Shown here piece after piece: positions 1 through 14,136 of a stretch of 64,000 nt of DNA (the stretch's first letter is position 1; the number at the start of each line of letters is the position of its first letter). The notes under the pieces are model-generated. The model was not told where the DNA came from and made no database searches. It saw only the letters and a program-made list of their open reading frames with translations. The stretch lies in assembly GCA_964016885.1 (NCBI GenBank), contig OZ024756.1:15686001-15750000 (forward strand). Reading direction: 5' to 3'. Both the position numbers and the translations under genes were made by a program. Source of the stretch: Eledone cirrhosa. Taxonomy: Eukaryota.

Positions 1-340
1 CATATTCATTATTAAGCTAGTGTTTGGGAACATAACTTAACAAAGGTTCTTATGTGAAATTATGATGAATTGCGTTTAGACAGGAAGGCGACTGTAAATA
101 GATCTAGATAATTATTAAGACTTGATTAAAGTTGGTTGTTTCTATGGGAACTGTTATCTACCACCACCCTATCACTACCACAAAACATTTCTGTCACCAC
201 CACCACCACTGGTGGTGCTGATGGTGGTAGTAGTGGTGGTGGTAGTAGTGGTAGTGGTGGTGGTGGGTTACTATTTATTTAACCTAATAATAGAGATTTG
301 GTGGAAGGTGAGACTGGGAAATACCTAGTGTTGGAATTTC

Positions 341-582
<242 letters not shown>

Positions 583-1190
583 ATGGTGGCTGCCAACTCG
601 TTTTCGAGTACGGCCACTACTTTATATCCATGTAGGAGAACCCCTACCGATGCGCTGAACGAGTGTGACTTTTTAGTCCAGCCAACGACTTGAAAACTCT
701 GGTACAAACACTACACTTGTGACAATTATTGACACATAGTGCTGGGCCCATGGTACCATGTGACGACAAGTGCAGAGAGATCTCCAGATATAAAGCAATG
801 CCTGTGCCGTGAAGCTTTTATAGTGAGCAAAGGCACTGCACAAAGCCAGACCCGCTCTCTTAACCAAGAGGATATTTACCAAAAAGAAGAACAAGTCAAC
901 ATCATTGGATACCATCAGGGTTGCAGGTGTTATATCAGAGTTTTCCTTCTCCGAGAATTCTGCCTTGACAAAGGCTAAGGGGTCATCTCTCCCGGTGATT
1001 TTGGATGGCCATTGACTCTTAAGAGCTCCTTTGTCCTTTGACAGGTTTTGTTTTTAGTCCTGCAGGATGTCCAAAGTCACCCTCCTCACCAAGAAACCTT
1101 GGTGGGGTTGCCAGTTGAGTCGCCAACGACCCGACCATGAGACAGGTTGTACTGGGATACATGTTACCAGTAGCACCAACTGGTGACCTG

Positions 1191-1221
<31 letters not shown>

Positions 1222-1377
1222 TATCATTATAATAAAGCTCAATTATCAGTGTTTAATATTCTCCCTTCCAAAAACAAGAGTTACAGCAACTACTGCTGCT
1301 ACTACTACTGATGACGATGATGATAACACCAACATCACTATGACGACTGCTGCTACTGCTACTATTGCTATCACACG

Positions 1378-1438
<61 letters not shown>

Positions 1439-1547
1439 TTCAAGAGTAACCAATCTTAAAGAGAGAGATGGAGATAGGAGAGGAGATATGAGAGGAGAGA
1501 TTGGTGAATTATATATATATATATATAAATGTATACCTACATGTGTA

Positions 1548-1647
<100 letters not shown>

Positions 1648-1689
1648 GTAAAATGCTAGAGCTGGAAATGACTTTCAAACATGGCATAA

Positions 1690-2745
1690 CGTCTTTGGAT
1701 CTAACGGAGTCGGAGCTACGAACTCCAATGGGCTTAGGCTGCTCTCACACTGTAAAGAATTTGATCTCAGCATCACCAACAGCTTCTTTCAACAACGTGC
1801 AAACCATAAAACAACATGGATGCACCCTAGGTCCAAGGACTGGCATATGATTGACTATGTCATCACCTGCAGGCGTAACCTAAAAGATTTTTAAAATCAC
1901 TCGTTCTGTTATCTCTCGAATCATGCACTACTGCGCAGTAAAATTTCATTCAATCTTCCAAACAAAAGGCGTCTTCAGAGGCCACCTATCCCACCCAAGA
2001 TTGATTTGGGCAAGCTACGATCAGTTAATGGCGGGCTGAAACATTGGATGTCTGATGACATTGAGGCTTCCTGGGAAGTGCTCAAAGATGCCATCTATGT
2101 AGCCTCTGTATAAATCTAAGGATTTGCTATGAGAAAATATCAGGACTTGTTTGATGAACTTAATTCCGATGTTCAGAACCTTAGCAGGATTTGGATTGGA
2201 GATAAAAACTAAGTAATAAAAAAGATGGCCTACAAAGATTGCAAGCAGCAAGTACAGTCCTTACTTTCTGACAGTCTCCAATGCCAAACTGTTTACAAGG
2301 TGCAACATTAGTGGAATTGAATCATTTCTGATGCAATCCCAACTCAGATGTGCTGGTCATGTGCTACGGATGTCTGAGGACCACACACCTAAGGTACTAT
2401 TGGACTGTCAGCTCCAGGATGGTGTGCATAGTGTGGACAGGCCACTACTCCGATATAAGGACCACCTGAAGTACAATCTTAAGCCTGTCAACGTACCCCT
2501 TTCTTTGTTTGAAGCCATGACTGCCAACAGTGAACAATGGAGAACTGTCTGCCACGAAGGTATAAAGAACTTTGAGAAATCTCGTTTAGCCCATCTCTGT
2601 GAGATAAGATCTGACACCAAAGTCCGGTCAGGCATTCCAGCCTGCTCTGTTTAAGATCCTGTCAGCTGCACCAAATGCGGATTGATGTGTAAATCAGAAG
2701 CTGGATTGAAGTGCCATTTGAGACATAAACATAGAACGATGAACT
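1690..2745 (+). mobile_element. Degenerate RTE-like LINE fragments (endonuclease end and C-terminus)
   Basis: HPRSKDWHMIDYVIT-like peptide near 1820; QLRCAGHVLRM...PK.LL...RPLLRYKD.LK at 2331-2654. Confidence 0.75.
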
Positions 2746-3213
2746 GAAAAAAAACTGTTGAACCCTCATATGTCGAATCGATGGGAAAATCCATCGTGTA
2801 TATATATATATAAAATTAGAATTTTATTTCTCGCCCTAGCACAGCTGATACATAAATGTAAGTATGCATACGTACATCGACACGGCACAGCTTTAATCGG
2901 GCCGTTTGTTTACAGATGAATCGAACATTATTATTAATGTTCGATATAACCCATACGTACATATGTATATGTATATATGTGTGTGTATGTATGTATATAT
3001 ATATATGTGTGTATGTGTGTGTGTGCGTATGCATACTTATATATATATATATGTGTGTGTGTGTGTATGTGTGTGTGTGCGTATGCATACTTATATATAT
3101 ATATATATGTGTGTATGTGTGTGTGTGTGTGTGTGTAGTGATTAAACAGTTTTAATGAAAGTAGATTAATTTCTTTCAAATACTTTTGAATATATATACA
3201 TATATATATATAC

Positions 3214-3244
<31 letters not shown>

Positions 3245-3406
3245 CATATATATATATACATATATATATATATACATATATACAATGCATGCCTATATAT
3301 GTGCGTGTAAAACAGGACTGTGTGTCTGTGTCAGTGTGTCTATCTAACTCTCTCTCTCTTTCTCTTCGTTCTCTCTCTCCTCTTTATCTCTCTGTATATA
3401 TATATA

Positions 3407-3546
<140 letters not shown>

Positions 3547-3552
3547 TATATT

Positions 3553-3678
<126 letters not shown>

Positions 3679-3684
3679 TATATT

Positions 3685-3778
<94 letters not shown>

Positions 3779-3785
3779 ATATATA

Positions 3786-3829
<44 letters not shown>

Positions 3830-4727
3830 CAAAGGAATTGTGGTAAGGAACCAAATGGACCATAACGCACCAGAGTACTCAATACTTAGGGTAGTAGAGT
3901 GGGAAATAGGAAAAAGTATGACCCCGACGGCAGAGCTCAAGCCGTTTCGACGGCTATTTCCAGAAATAGCCGTCGAAACGGCTTGAGCTCTGCCGTCAGG
4001 GTCATACTTTTTCCTATATATATATATATATATATGCTGGATAATCAATCTCTATTAAGTCAGTAGCCAACAAAGAGACATCAGTTATGAAGAAAACAAG
4101 CTTTTCAAAACCCAGCATTATTAACATTTTTTCTTAAATATAAGAGTTGTCTCCCTTGTCGTGGATTGCAGTATCGGTAGAACGACATGCTTTGACGCAT
4201 AGAGTTACGGCCCTTACTATTCTGAGTTCAAATCCGCCCGAGGTTAACTTTTCCTTTCATCATTTATGGGGTCGATAAAATAAAGCACCAGTAATGCACT
4301 GGGGTAACCTGCTGGCTTTGTGCCAACAAGTAGAAAACAATTATTGGATTGGTAGATAATGAATGCCTTTGTAGGGGATCAACTTTGCCTTACGAAGTCG
4401 ACAAAGTAAAGTACTGGGGTCTATATAATCAACTCTCCCCGTCTCACAAATTTCTGACCTTGTGCCTAAATTAGAAACCATTATTCCGTTCAGAGTTCAA
4501 ATCCTGCTGAGGTTAGCTTTTCTTTTCAACCTTACGCGGCCCGATAAAATTCGTCGCTCTCTGATATGTGTGTACATACACATACACATACATATATACA
4601 TACACTCTCACATATATAATACATATATGCATACATCCACAGGTACATACAATGAACTCGAAATTAAGAGAAAGAGAAACATACGTACATACGTACATAC
4701 ATACCTACATACATACATACATACAAG

Positions 4728-4763
<36 letters not shown>

Positions 4764-5534
4764 TAGATATTCAGGTTTGAGGTTCATCTATTCCGTATGG
4801 TCAATCGTAATGCAATAATATAGAGAGTACTCAACATAAGGCAGTTCAACCGTCTTTGTTTTTGTAGTTGGTGGTGCTATTACGGAGTTAAATATTATAA
4901 TGAAATGACAGGAGGCTGGATTTGTGTAAATCCTTGAAAGGTTTATTATACTATGATCATTTCAATGACCGGGTCCTCGATTTCCAGCCCCATGGATTTT
5001 ATCTATTACATTCACGTATTATATTTCGAATACCTGATGATATCACCGGATTCATACGGAACCCGGTCATTGAAATGATCATAGTATAATAAACCTTTCA
5101 AGGATTTACACAAATCCAGCCTCCTGTCATTTCATTATATATATATATATATATATATATGCGGAAAATGCACGTTGAGTTCTTGAATTGAATTACATCA
5201 ATATTTTTGCAATATATATATATATATTGCAAAAATATTGATGTAATTCAATTCAAGAACTCAACGTGCATTTTCCTCACGGGAGTGACGGAGTGTTTTT
5301 AGAATAAGCTAATACAAAGTTTAGATGATAAAGTCCTTTATCGATGAGGCCGTGATAGATATTTAGACGACGTCATTGGTTACGCAATTCAGCGTAGAAG
5401 CCTCTGCCATGCTCTCTTCAGACACCGCCTTACATAATAAAGTTACAATCAAGATGGTAATCCAAAATGGAAGTGACAAGGGAACGGACAAACAGCGATG
5501 TTCGTTAATCGAATGTCCGTTCTTTATTCTATAT

Positions 5535-5566
<32 letters not shown>

Positions 5567-5620
5567 ACGCACACACACATATGGAATGTATAATTTTCTT
5601 CTTTATCATTATGATTTCAG

Positions 5621-5892
5621 AGGCTTCAAGCTGACGAGAGCTGCTAACGGTCTGTGCAGTAATGCGGCTGATATGGCCTCGTGGCTGAATATGCACCTCA
5701 TGAAAGGTGTCTCCTCTAGCACACAAAACACCATCGTAAACCCAGAATTTCTCGACCTGATCTATGAACCAGGCAGCAACCAATTCAGCAATGCTTTTAA
5801 TTTAGTCAAAGACACATTTCTACAGCCAGCAGTATCGGTCAGTTTCGCCAGGAACGGCTACGCCATGGGATGGGAAACAGGACTTTATAGGG
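5621..5892 (+). CDS. Beta-lactamase/serine-hydrolase family protein, internal exon (upstream exons not found in window)
   Basis: Acceptor tttcag|A, donor G|gtaaat; encodes GFKLTRAANGLCSNAADMASWLNMHL...YAMGWETGLYRG, matching the 'G.l.S.a.Dma.w' and 'Y.lGW' motifs of class C beta-lactamase-like proteins; phase matches next exon. Confidence 0.85.
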
Positions 5893-6099
5893 GTAAATTC
5901 TCTGCATTATTTTATTTTAATTTTATTTTTTATTCTTTTACTGTCAATAGACAACGGCCATGCTGGGACACCACCATGAAAATGTTACTACCTAATTTTC
6001 AAATTCTAAACAAAATCTGCTTTGTGTCTCCCTAATTATATACATATATATACCTGTTATGGTTATATAGCTTCTATTTGAATGGAAGAAAGCATGGGT

Positions 6100-6170
6100 G
6101 GCGTGTTGGTGTAATGGTACCATATTGGTCCGGCAAGTCAAAGATGTGAGTTCGTGTCCCGTGTACGTCA
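6100..6170 (+). pseudogene. tRNA-like sequence (degenerate tRNA or SINE head)
   Basis: TGGTGTAATGG A-box, GTTCG B-box, weak acceptor stem GGCGTGT/GTACGTC, downstream T-run. Confidence 0.35.
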
Positions 6171-6684
6171 ATTCTCATCCTTTTTTTTTTTTTTCCATTC
6201 AGAGGGTTTTTCTAAAAATCCCAACTAACAGACTAATTCTATTTAGTCAAATACCGCGTAAGAACATGTTACTACCTAATTTAGGTTATATTGGAGTTTA
6301 CCAATATATATCCTAGTGAGGATTATAGAATCTCAATGCTAATCTGTATCCTTGGTCAATCGGTGATCCAAGAGGCTGAATGATCTTCATCCTCCGTGGA
6401 TTACGTATGGACTGTTATGGCACGAACTGCACAGCTCAAAATTTTAATAAATTAACAATGAATAACCAGTTAATATTTACATTATTTTCCTCTACAAACG
6501 TTTCAATGCAGGGCGCATTATTGCATTGAAACGTTCGTAGAGTAAAATAATGTTCGTAGAGTTATGTCCTTGAACACGTTGCTTCGCCTGGATTTGCGAC
6601 CAGTAAATAATATTAGCAATTGGAAAGACCATCCTATTTGACAAGCTCCACCCCACTCGTTAAGTGAATGAGGTCTGTGACTGT

Positions 6685-6756
<72 letters not shown>

Positions 6757-7055
6757 GAAATACTGTTGGCTTCATGCTCACAATAATTTCTATACTTTCA
6801 TTTATATATATATATTTATAATTAGAAAATATATAGCTTTCACCGTATTTTTAACTAAAGGAATTTTAGCTTGATAAATGGAAAAAGATGAGTATTGACG
6901 TACATGTACGTCAATACTCATCTTTTTCCATTTATCTGAGGGTTCTAAACCCCGTTATCAAGCTAAAATTCCTTTAGTTAAAAATACGGTGAAAGCTATA
7001 TATTTTCTAATTTCAAACTCGCTCACTGTTTCAAAACATACTTACTTGCCATATA

Positions 7056-7306
<251 letters not shown>

Positions 7307-7872
7307 GAACAAAGAATCAGTGTTGCATCATATACACATTAATTACATATTACATATTACATATGTTTCACTGTCGATCAGCTCGAGGAACAATCGATTA
7401 ATGATCGATCCTGACACTGGAATGAGAAGCTCCTATATATATAGTAATAAGATATACCTACAGCTACATAAATATATAAATATATGTGTGTGAAATGTCC
7501 CGCCTTGACCAGTTTTGCTCAGGCGACGCTGGGGCCTAAGAGGGCGGTAGGGATGATATAATAGTATATTAAATATCAAATGATATATATTATATACAAA
7601 TATAGTAAAATAAAAAATATATAATATTTATTTATACATAGTATATATTATATTATCTATTATATATAAATTAACGATTTTATATTATTTACAATTTGCG
7701 CGTAGGCAGGTCTCTCTGGAAATAGGGTTGGTGGCGCTGGGGGTATTACATGGCCGTGGTGGGGTTGGCACAAGTTTGAGAACCTCTGGTGTAAAAGAAT
7801 CTTTATTGAGGAGAGTATCAAATTGCTGCTACATACATATGTATAATTTCTTATCCATTCTTTCATCAACAG

Positions 7873-8160
7873 GCTTCGATCTACGCACACATAGTGGTTC
7901 GATACCAGGTTACGAATCGATGTTATCAATTCTACCTGACCAACTGGTTGGCGTGTACTTCTCCCTCACCGGTGTAGGGGGTAGTAGGGCGACGGTGATC
8001 AAAACCCTCTTCAATATATTTGCCCTCGATCTGCTGCTGGGCAAACGGAGCTGGATCAACTACACCAACGTCTGTCTCATCCTTGACGATCTCGTAGCGA
8101 ATCTAGAGAGGAAGGCCTACCTAAGCCGGCCGCCATTTACTCCTCACATATGGACAGAAG
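7873..8160 (+). CDS. Beta-lactamase-family protein, exon with HSG (HTG/KTG-equivalent) motif
   Basis: Acceptor caacag|GC, donor G|gtaacc; spliced reading YRGFDLRTHSGSIPGYESMLSILPDQLVGVY fits the family pattern 'HxG...Gy.s.....P....Gv'; phase 1/1. Confidence 0.85.
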
Positions 8161-8500
8161 GTAACCAAGCTATTTTACATTATTACTTTACTATTTTATT
8201 CTTTCTTATACTTGTTTAAGTCATTATACTGCGGCCATGTTGGAGCACCACCTTGATATATTCAATTCCTCCTAATCGTGATACTAATAAGACACTGAGC
8301 TTTTGCATCTCCGTGTTTGTTCAACTATGTGTGTGTGCAAGGCCTGTGAGAGGTGGGAGTCCAGCCGGTACTTTGTTCTGAGGCCCAAGAGCTAAGAAAG
8401 CTCCACAACAACCATGCAACATCTATTTTGAGAAAAATCTTTGTCTCCTTCGGGCCCCAAAAGAGTCTTGTACCGCCTCGCAAAATTTCTCTTAGAGGCC

Positions 8501-8547
<47 letters not shown>

Positions 8548-8609
8548 TGTGTGTCTGTGTGTGTGTGTGGGTGGGGGGGGGGGGGGTGCGTGTGTGTGTG
8601 TGTGTGCGC

Positions 8610-8724
<115 letters not shown>

Positions 8725-10236
8725 TGCGTGTGTGTTGTAAGTAAATAAACAAATAAGACCGTCAAATACATAAATCTAAATGTAGCTACACCTAGAACAA
8801 ACGCTAAGTAATCACTGAATGTCCCTATATGTAAATAATACACTCCGAAAACAAAATCAATAATAAACGAAACAGCCAGTGGGTAAGACCATCGAATGTC
8901 AAACTTGTAGCTAATACACTCCTTAAAACAAAGCTAATTACAAACTGTCTATACTAGATCCAAGACATCATTCATATTTTCTGGCTCAATCTCCGTAAAC
9001 CCAACCAACAACCCCCCACTAAATATCAGTAGGGGAGAGATGTAGCCATAATAAATGAACATTTAAACCCTACTTCGGTATTGAGTACTCATTTCACTGG
9101 AGTTAATTCTTCCTCTATATCTACTCCTCCCTTTTTCTCTCTCCCTGCCATCAAACCTGGCAACTCTCCCAGTCGGACGAGGACATCTCCCACCCACTTT
9201 GGGATGGGTGAGAGATGTCCTCTTGTGAGAATGGGTATAGCTTTCATTAGACAAAATCTTCCCATTTTGCCTCATTTCTCCCCGTTTGGGGGGGCAGTTT
9301 TTTTTTTCATGGTACTCCCCGTTTGGGATTTTATAGGTTGGAAGGTCTGCTTCCTCTGTAAGAAATTGGCTGTGTTCAGACATGGAGAGATGAGGGATGA
9401 GCTTCGCCAATTTTAAATGCCGGTAGACAGGAGTTAAGTACCGGTTGATTGATAGATTTCTCACTTAAATTGAACTGGTATAGCTCTATCCCCACCCCAC
9501 CCGCAAACAGTATCAAATCTAAGTTTAATGTCCGTCTTAACCCTTTAACATTTAAACCGTCCATATCTGGCCAGAATTCTCTCGCCTCTTTCTGCTCAAA
9601 CCAGCTGTAACTGGTCACTCATACTTATATTAAGGTATTGTTCTCAAAATAAATAATTATTTCTACGTTTGGCACAAGGCCAGCAATTACCCAGTGCATT
9701 ACTGGTACTTTATTTTATCGAAATAAATAATATCAAAATCTTATAGATTCTATATTATGTGAGATAATTATGTGCAGTAAAGCATTTACTCTGAAAATAC
9801 AATAAGCCACAAGGCTCATTAAGCCAGTGCTTATCCCGGTTGCATGGCATGAAGCGACTGGGAGTACAACACTTCCCCCTGGACAGGACGCCAGTCTATC
9901 GGAGGGTTAAACCCCCAGCTATTGCTGGTACTCATTTTCAGCTGTGTAAACTGGAACAATGTGAAATGAAGTGCTTTGCTCAAACAGTATCAAGGGTGTC
10001 GGTAATGTTGTTATATATCGTCTAACATTGAACCCGGGTTGTATTACGAAACAGGAAGAAAATAAAACACAAAACAAGAACGTCTCTCTATCAATACTGC
10101 CAGAAATAGACTAACAGCATGAGTAAATTAGTGAACAGTTAAAAGGTTTGGGTGTGGCGATACCATATGATTTGACATGATATAATATAGGGTATTATAT
10201 GAAAGGGTATTGTATATATTGATGTATGTGTATGGC

Positions 10237-10850
10237 TGTGGTGTGGTGTGGTGTGGTGTAGTGTGATGTGGTCTGGTGTGGTCTGGTCTGGTGTGGTGTA
10301 GTGTGGTGTAGTGTGGTGTGGTGTAGTGCGGTCTGGTGTAGTGTGGTGAAGTGTGGTGTAGTGTAGTGTAGTGTGGCGTGGTGTAGTGTAGTGTGGCGTG
10401 GTGTAGTATAGTGTGGTGTGGTGTAGTGTGGTGTGGTGTAGTGTAGTGTGGTGAAGTGTAGTGTAATGTAGTGTGGCGTGGTGTAGTGTAGTGTAGCGAG
10501 GTGTAGTGTAGTGTGGAGTACTGTAGTGTGGTGTAGCGTAGTGTAGTATAGTGTGGTGTAGTGTAGCGAGGTGTGGTGTGGTGTAATGTGGTGTGGTGTA
10601 GGGAGGTGTAGTGTGGTGTGGTGTGGTGTAGTGTGGTGTGGTGTGGTGTAGTGTGGTGTGGTGTAATGTGGTGTAGTGTAATGTGGTCTGGTGTAGTGTG
10701 GTGTGGTGTAGTATGGTGTAGTGTGGTATGGTGTAGTGTGGTGTAGTGTAGTGTAGTGTAGTGTAGTGTAGTGTAGTGTAGTGTAGTGTAGTGTAGTGTA
10801 GTGTAGTGTAGTGTAGTGTAGTGTAGTGTAGTGTAGTGTAGTGTGGTGTG
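10237..10850. repeat. (GTGTA/GTGTG)n pentanucleotide satellite
   Basis: Direct inspection. Confidence 0.95.
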
Positions 10851-12380
10851 GCGTTTTTGTTATCTGTGATTCAGGCATTGAACGCTGTGACATATATTAT
10901 CAGGAAACATTATCAGGGTTGGGCTGGTGTTTGGGTAGGGTGGCTGTGCGGTGGGGGTCTGGTGACTGGGTGAGCTGGTGGTGGAGGTGGATGGTATTGG
11001 GATGGAGTGGTGGAGAGGGTGGTAGGAATTTGGAAAGTGTCTGACTCTTCTTAACCTCTTATTTCATAACTATCGCGTTCTTAAAAAACGTTGTGCGCAC
11101 GAAAGTGAAATTTTATAGCGTTGACTGCGAACCTGGCTGTGTGTGTGTGTGTGTGTGTGGTTTATGAATGCATATGTGATTATGTACGCCTCTGTGTTGA
11201 TGTGCATGTACATGTGCATGTATGTGTATGTGTATCAGTCTGCCTATTCACATGGAGTCATAAAGGGTGTGTCACACACACCCCGACAAAGTTTTAAAAT
11301 TAACCCACCACCCTTCATATACACCTCAATTCTCTGGTTAACACATGTGTGTATATATATATATATATATATATCAAATTACAAAATATGAGGAAATAAT
11401 AGACAAAAATATACCTATTTTTTCTTCAAAGTCCCGACTGCAGTTTCGCCGATCCGTGTGCACCGATATCTGCACTTTAAAAGTGGATCATCTCTGTGAG
11501 GTTGATACGGCTTATCAAGAGACCCCTCAGAAAAAAAGGACTGTTTCCTGACGCGTTTATAGCAAGTGAGAAAGTCTCAGAGGCGGAGGGAGAGAATAAC
11601 ATGTTATACAGTGGTAAAAAAAAAGGAATGTTTCTTTCGTAGCAAGTGAGAATTTCTCGAGAGGCGAAGAGAGAGATAAACACATGATACAGTGGTCACA
11701 GAAGGGTAGTAAGGTGGACAGTGAGGGAATAACTTATTTTCTAGAAAAAGCAGTTGATACACTCGTGGTTAATTCGACCATAGAGGGGTTTGGGACAATA
11801 TAATAATGAAATACACACACATATTCATATGTATGCGTGTGTGTGTGTGTGGTGTCCGCCTTAACAAGTTTTGCTCGATGACCAAAAGAGCCATTTTATT
11901 CAATAATATATATATATATATATTATTGAATAAAATAACAGGAGGCCGAACTGGTGAAAGTCCTTCAAGTTTTATTCCCACACCACCAACAGGATTCAAC
12001 ATCAAAGATGGACGAGTTGCGTAACGTTCCTACTATTACATCATGATTAACTATACGGAATGACCAATTCTATCCAGAGGCGAACTACCAAACTTCAATG
12101 AATGTGTGTGGGGTGTGGGGGTGTGGGGGGTGTAACTCCATAATACGAAGAACAATTGATAACAAATAAAACAAAAAAAGCATGATATTTCGGGACTACT
12201 ACCCCCTTTTTCAGATGCGAAGTTGAAAGATTTCAAAATAATAAAAAAACAGCGATCAAAGAATATTTCGTATTTTTCTACCGCATTGTACCTGCTTTTT
12301 TTTAAATGATCGGTCTTTTACTACATATCTCACAAGGCTTCGAATTAACTACACTACTATATATATTAATATCTAATGCT

Positions 12381-12418
12381 ATCTTCTGATGAAGGACTAG
12401 TGTCTGAAACGTAGACTC
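12381..12418 (+). ncRNA. Minimal hammerhead-like motif (Penelope-type)
   Basis: CTGATGA-A-GGAC.TAGT.GTCT-GAAA-CG-TA; stem I weak; related degenerate copy at 45105-45140(-): CTGAAGA-A-GGGC.CTAA.GCCC-GACA. Confidence 0.5.
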
Positions 12419-12529
12419 TTTTCCTGCTATTTCAAGCATTAAACTAATATATTTTTTCAATGTACTGCGTTGTTTGCTTTGTTATTTCTGTTTAACTTTT
12501 ACATTCATATATGTGGGTGTGTGTGTGAG

Positions 12530-12570
<41 letters not shown>

Positions 12571-12821
12571 ATGTATATATATAAGTATAGCTATATGTAT
12601 ATATAAATATATATGGTGGGTAATAATAGATATCACCCAGTTACAAGTATGTAAAATAACAAGTATAATTGAGAGCCGAAATAGTGTAAATGACAATCAA
12701 AGAATGTTTAAACTTTCAAACATTTAATCACTGGCAATTGTTTCATCCTAGCACAAGGCTGGACTCATCATAATGTTCTTGTGACAAAGTTCTGATCTTA
12801 TATTTGTGTTTGATCTTTATT

Positions 12822-12875
12822 ATCTACTCCGATGATTCCGGCCTTGTGCTAGGATGAAACGATCGTCAGTGATTA
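12822..12875 (+). ncRNA. Hammerhead-ribozyme-like motif (type I, U4C variant)
   Basis: ATCTACT-CCGATGA-T.TCC...GGA.T-GAAA-CG.AT.CG-TC^AGTGAT; stems I, II and III can be paired by eye. Confidence 0.6.
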
Positions 12876-13216
12876 AATGTTTGAAAATCTAAACACTTTT
12901 TGATTGCCATTTACATTGTATGTATATATATATGTATATGTATATTATATGTATATATATATATACAAGGGATAACAAAATATCGTTATAGGTAATCCAG
13001 ATGATCTGATTAAGCTAACATCGTATTTAAAATTGAGTGGCACTGCTTCAAGTGTTCAGCAATTTTTAGACAACTTAATCAGTGAAACAATTGTCAGACT
13101 GTAAATAAATCCCTTTTTTGTACTGTTGACCATGTTATTCTTCACGTTTTCAATTATATATATATATATTTTTATATATTAATCAATATTTGTTCTATTT
13201 GGTTTTCTGTTGCCAG

Positions 13217-13734
13217 GAAACGACCAGGAAGAGTTCCGAAAAGAAATTTATGCAGCCACATACAAAAATAGAATGTTTGGTGACGTCACGATCAGCTACA
13301 ACGAAACTAGCGAGAAACTGAGTCTGACTTATGGAAGAACCGGTTTTTACGAGTTGTATCGAACCAGCAGCAAAGACGTGTTTCTCCTGCAACCGTTACA
13401 AGGACTGCCATACTATATCAGCCATGCAGACGGCTACCATGGTGTACTGTACGAATACCTCTACTTCAATCGGACGTCCAGTAATAATAACAACAATTAC
13501 AACAACGACAACGCTCAGAACATTGTCAGTGTAACTATACCAGATTTTGATCCACAAACACACCCGACCTTCAGCAAGATGTTAAAACCTATAAATATGC
13601 TGGAAAAATATAAACTACAATATTTAAGTTCGCACGAACCCATACTAAGTCCTTCTATACTACTTTTACTTTCTCTACTAATTAGCATTGCCTTAATTAA
13701 TTCATTAAAATTCAACAGTAGCTTCTCGTCCTAA
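13217..13734 (+). CDS. Beta-lactamase-family protein, last exon (DUF3471-like region plus hydrophobic tail)
   Basis: Acceptor tgccag|GA in phase; YAATYKNRMFGDVTI resembles the 'Y.G.Y.n..yG.v.i' C-terminal domain; ends ILSPSILLLLSLLISIALINSLKFNSSFSS-TAA. Confidence 0.8.
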
Positions 13735-13789
13735 CTATTAAAGAAAAATGAAAAAAAAAACAAAAACGACTCTAATTGTTTTCTTGTTA

Positions 13790-14130
13790 CACTTGGTAGG
13801 TCCAGAAGAAAACGCAGTTCCTGTGGCCTTCCCTCCCCCCTCCTGGGACCGGAAAGATCAATGTTTGATGGTCTGTTGTAGATTCACTCTATTTTGGAAA
13901 GAAATTAACAAGGAGCGGGAGAGTTTCCAGAGGGTTGATGTTCTGGGCATGTGTGAAGGTAACATAGGACTGGTGAGCTTCCAAAGAACAGAGACCATTA
14001 TGGTAGTGGTAGAAGAAGCAAAGGGAGGAGACAATATGGGCGGGTGAGAAGAGAGACGATTGAGTTGCAAGTGCCTGAGTGAAGATGGCGTAATCCCTGT
14101 CAGCTTTCGGAGAACGGAGACCATTGTAGT
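13790..14130 (-). mobile_element. Degenerate CR1/L2-like LINE 3' fragment
   Basis: Peptide IVSSLCFFYHYHNGLCS resembles the CR1/L2 C-terminal motif. Confidence 0.4.
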
Positions 14131-14136
14131 AGAAGA

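Noticed and set aside
2913-2950. CAGATGA followed by an 11-bp hairpin, a possible hammerhead
   Set aside because: GAAA box and stems I/III not recognisable; too degenerate to call
10195-10893. 232-aa His/Thr/Tyr-rich ORF
   Set aside because: Translation of a pentanucleotide satellite
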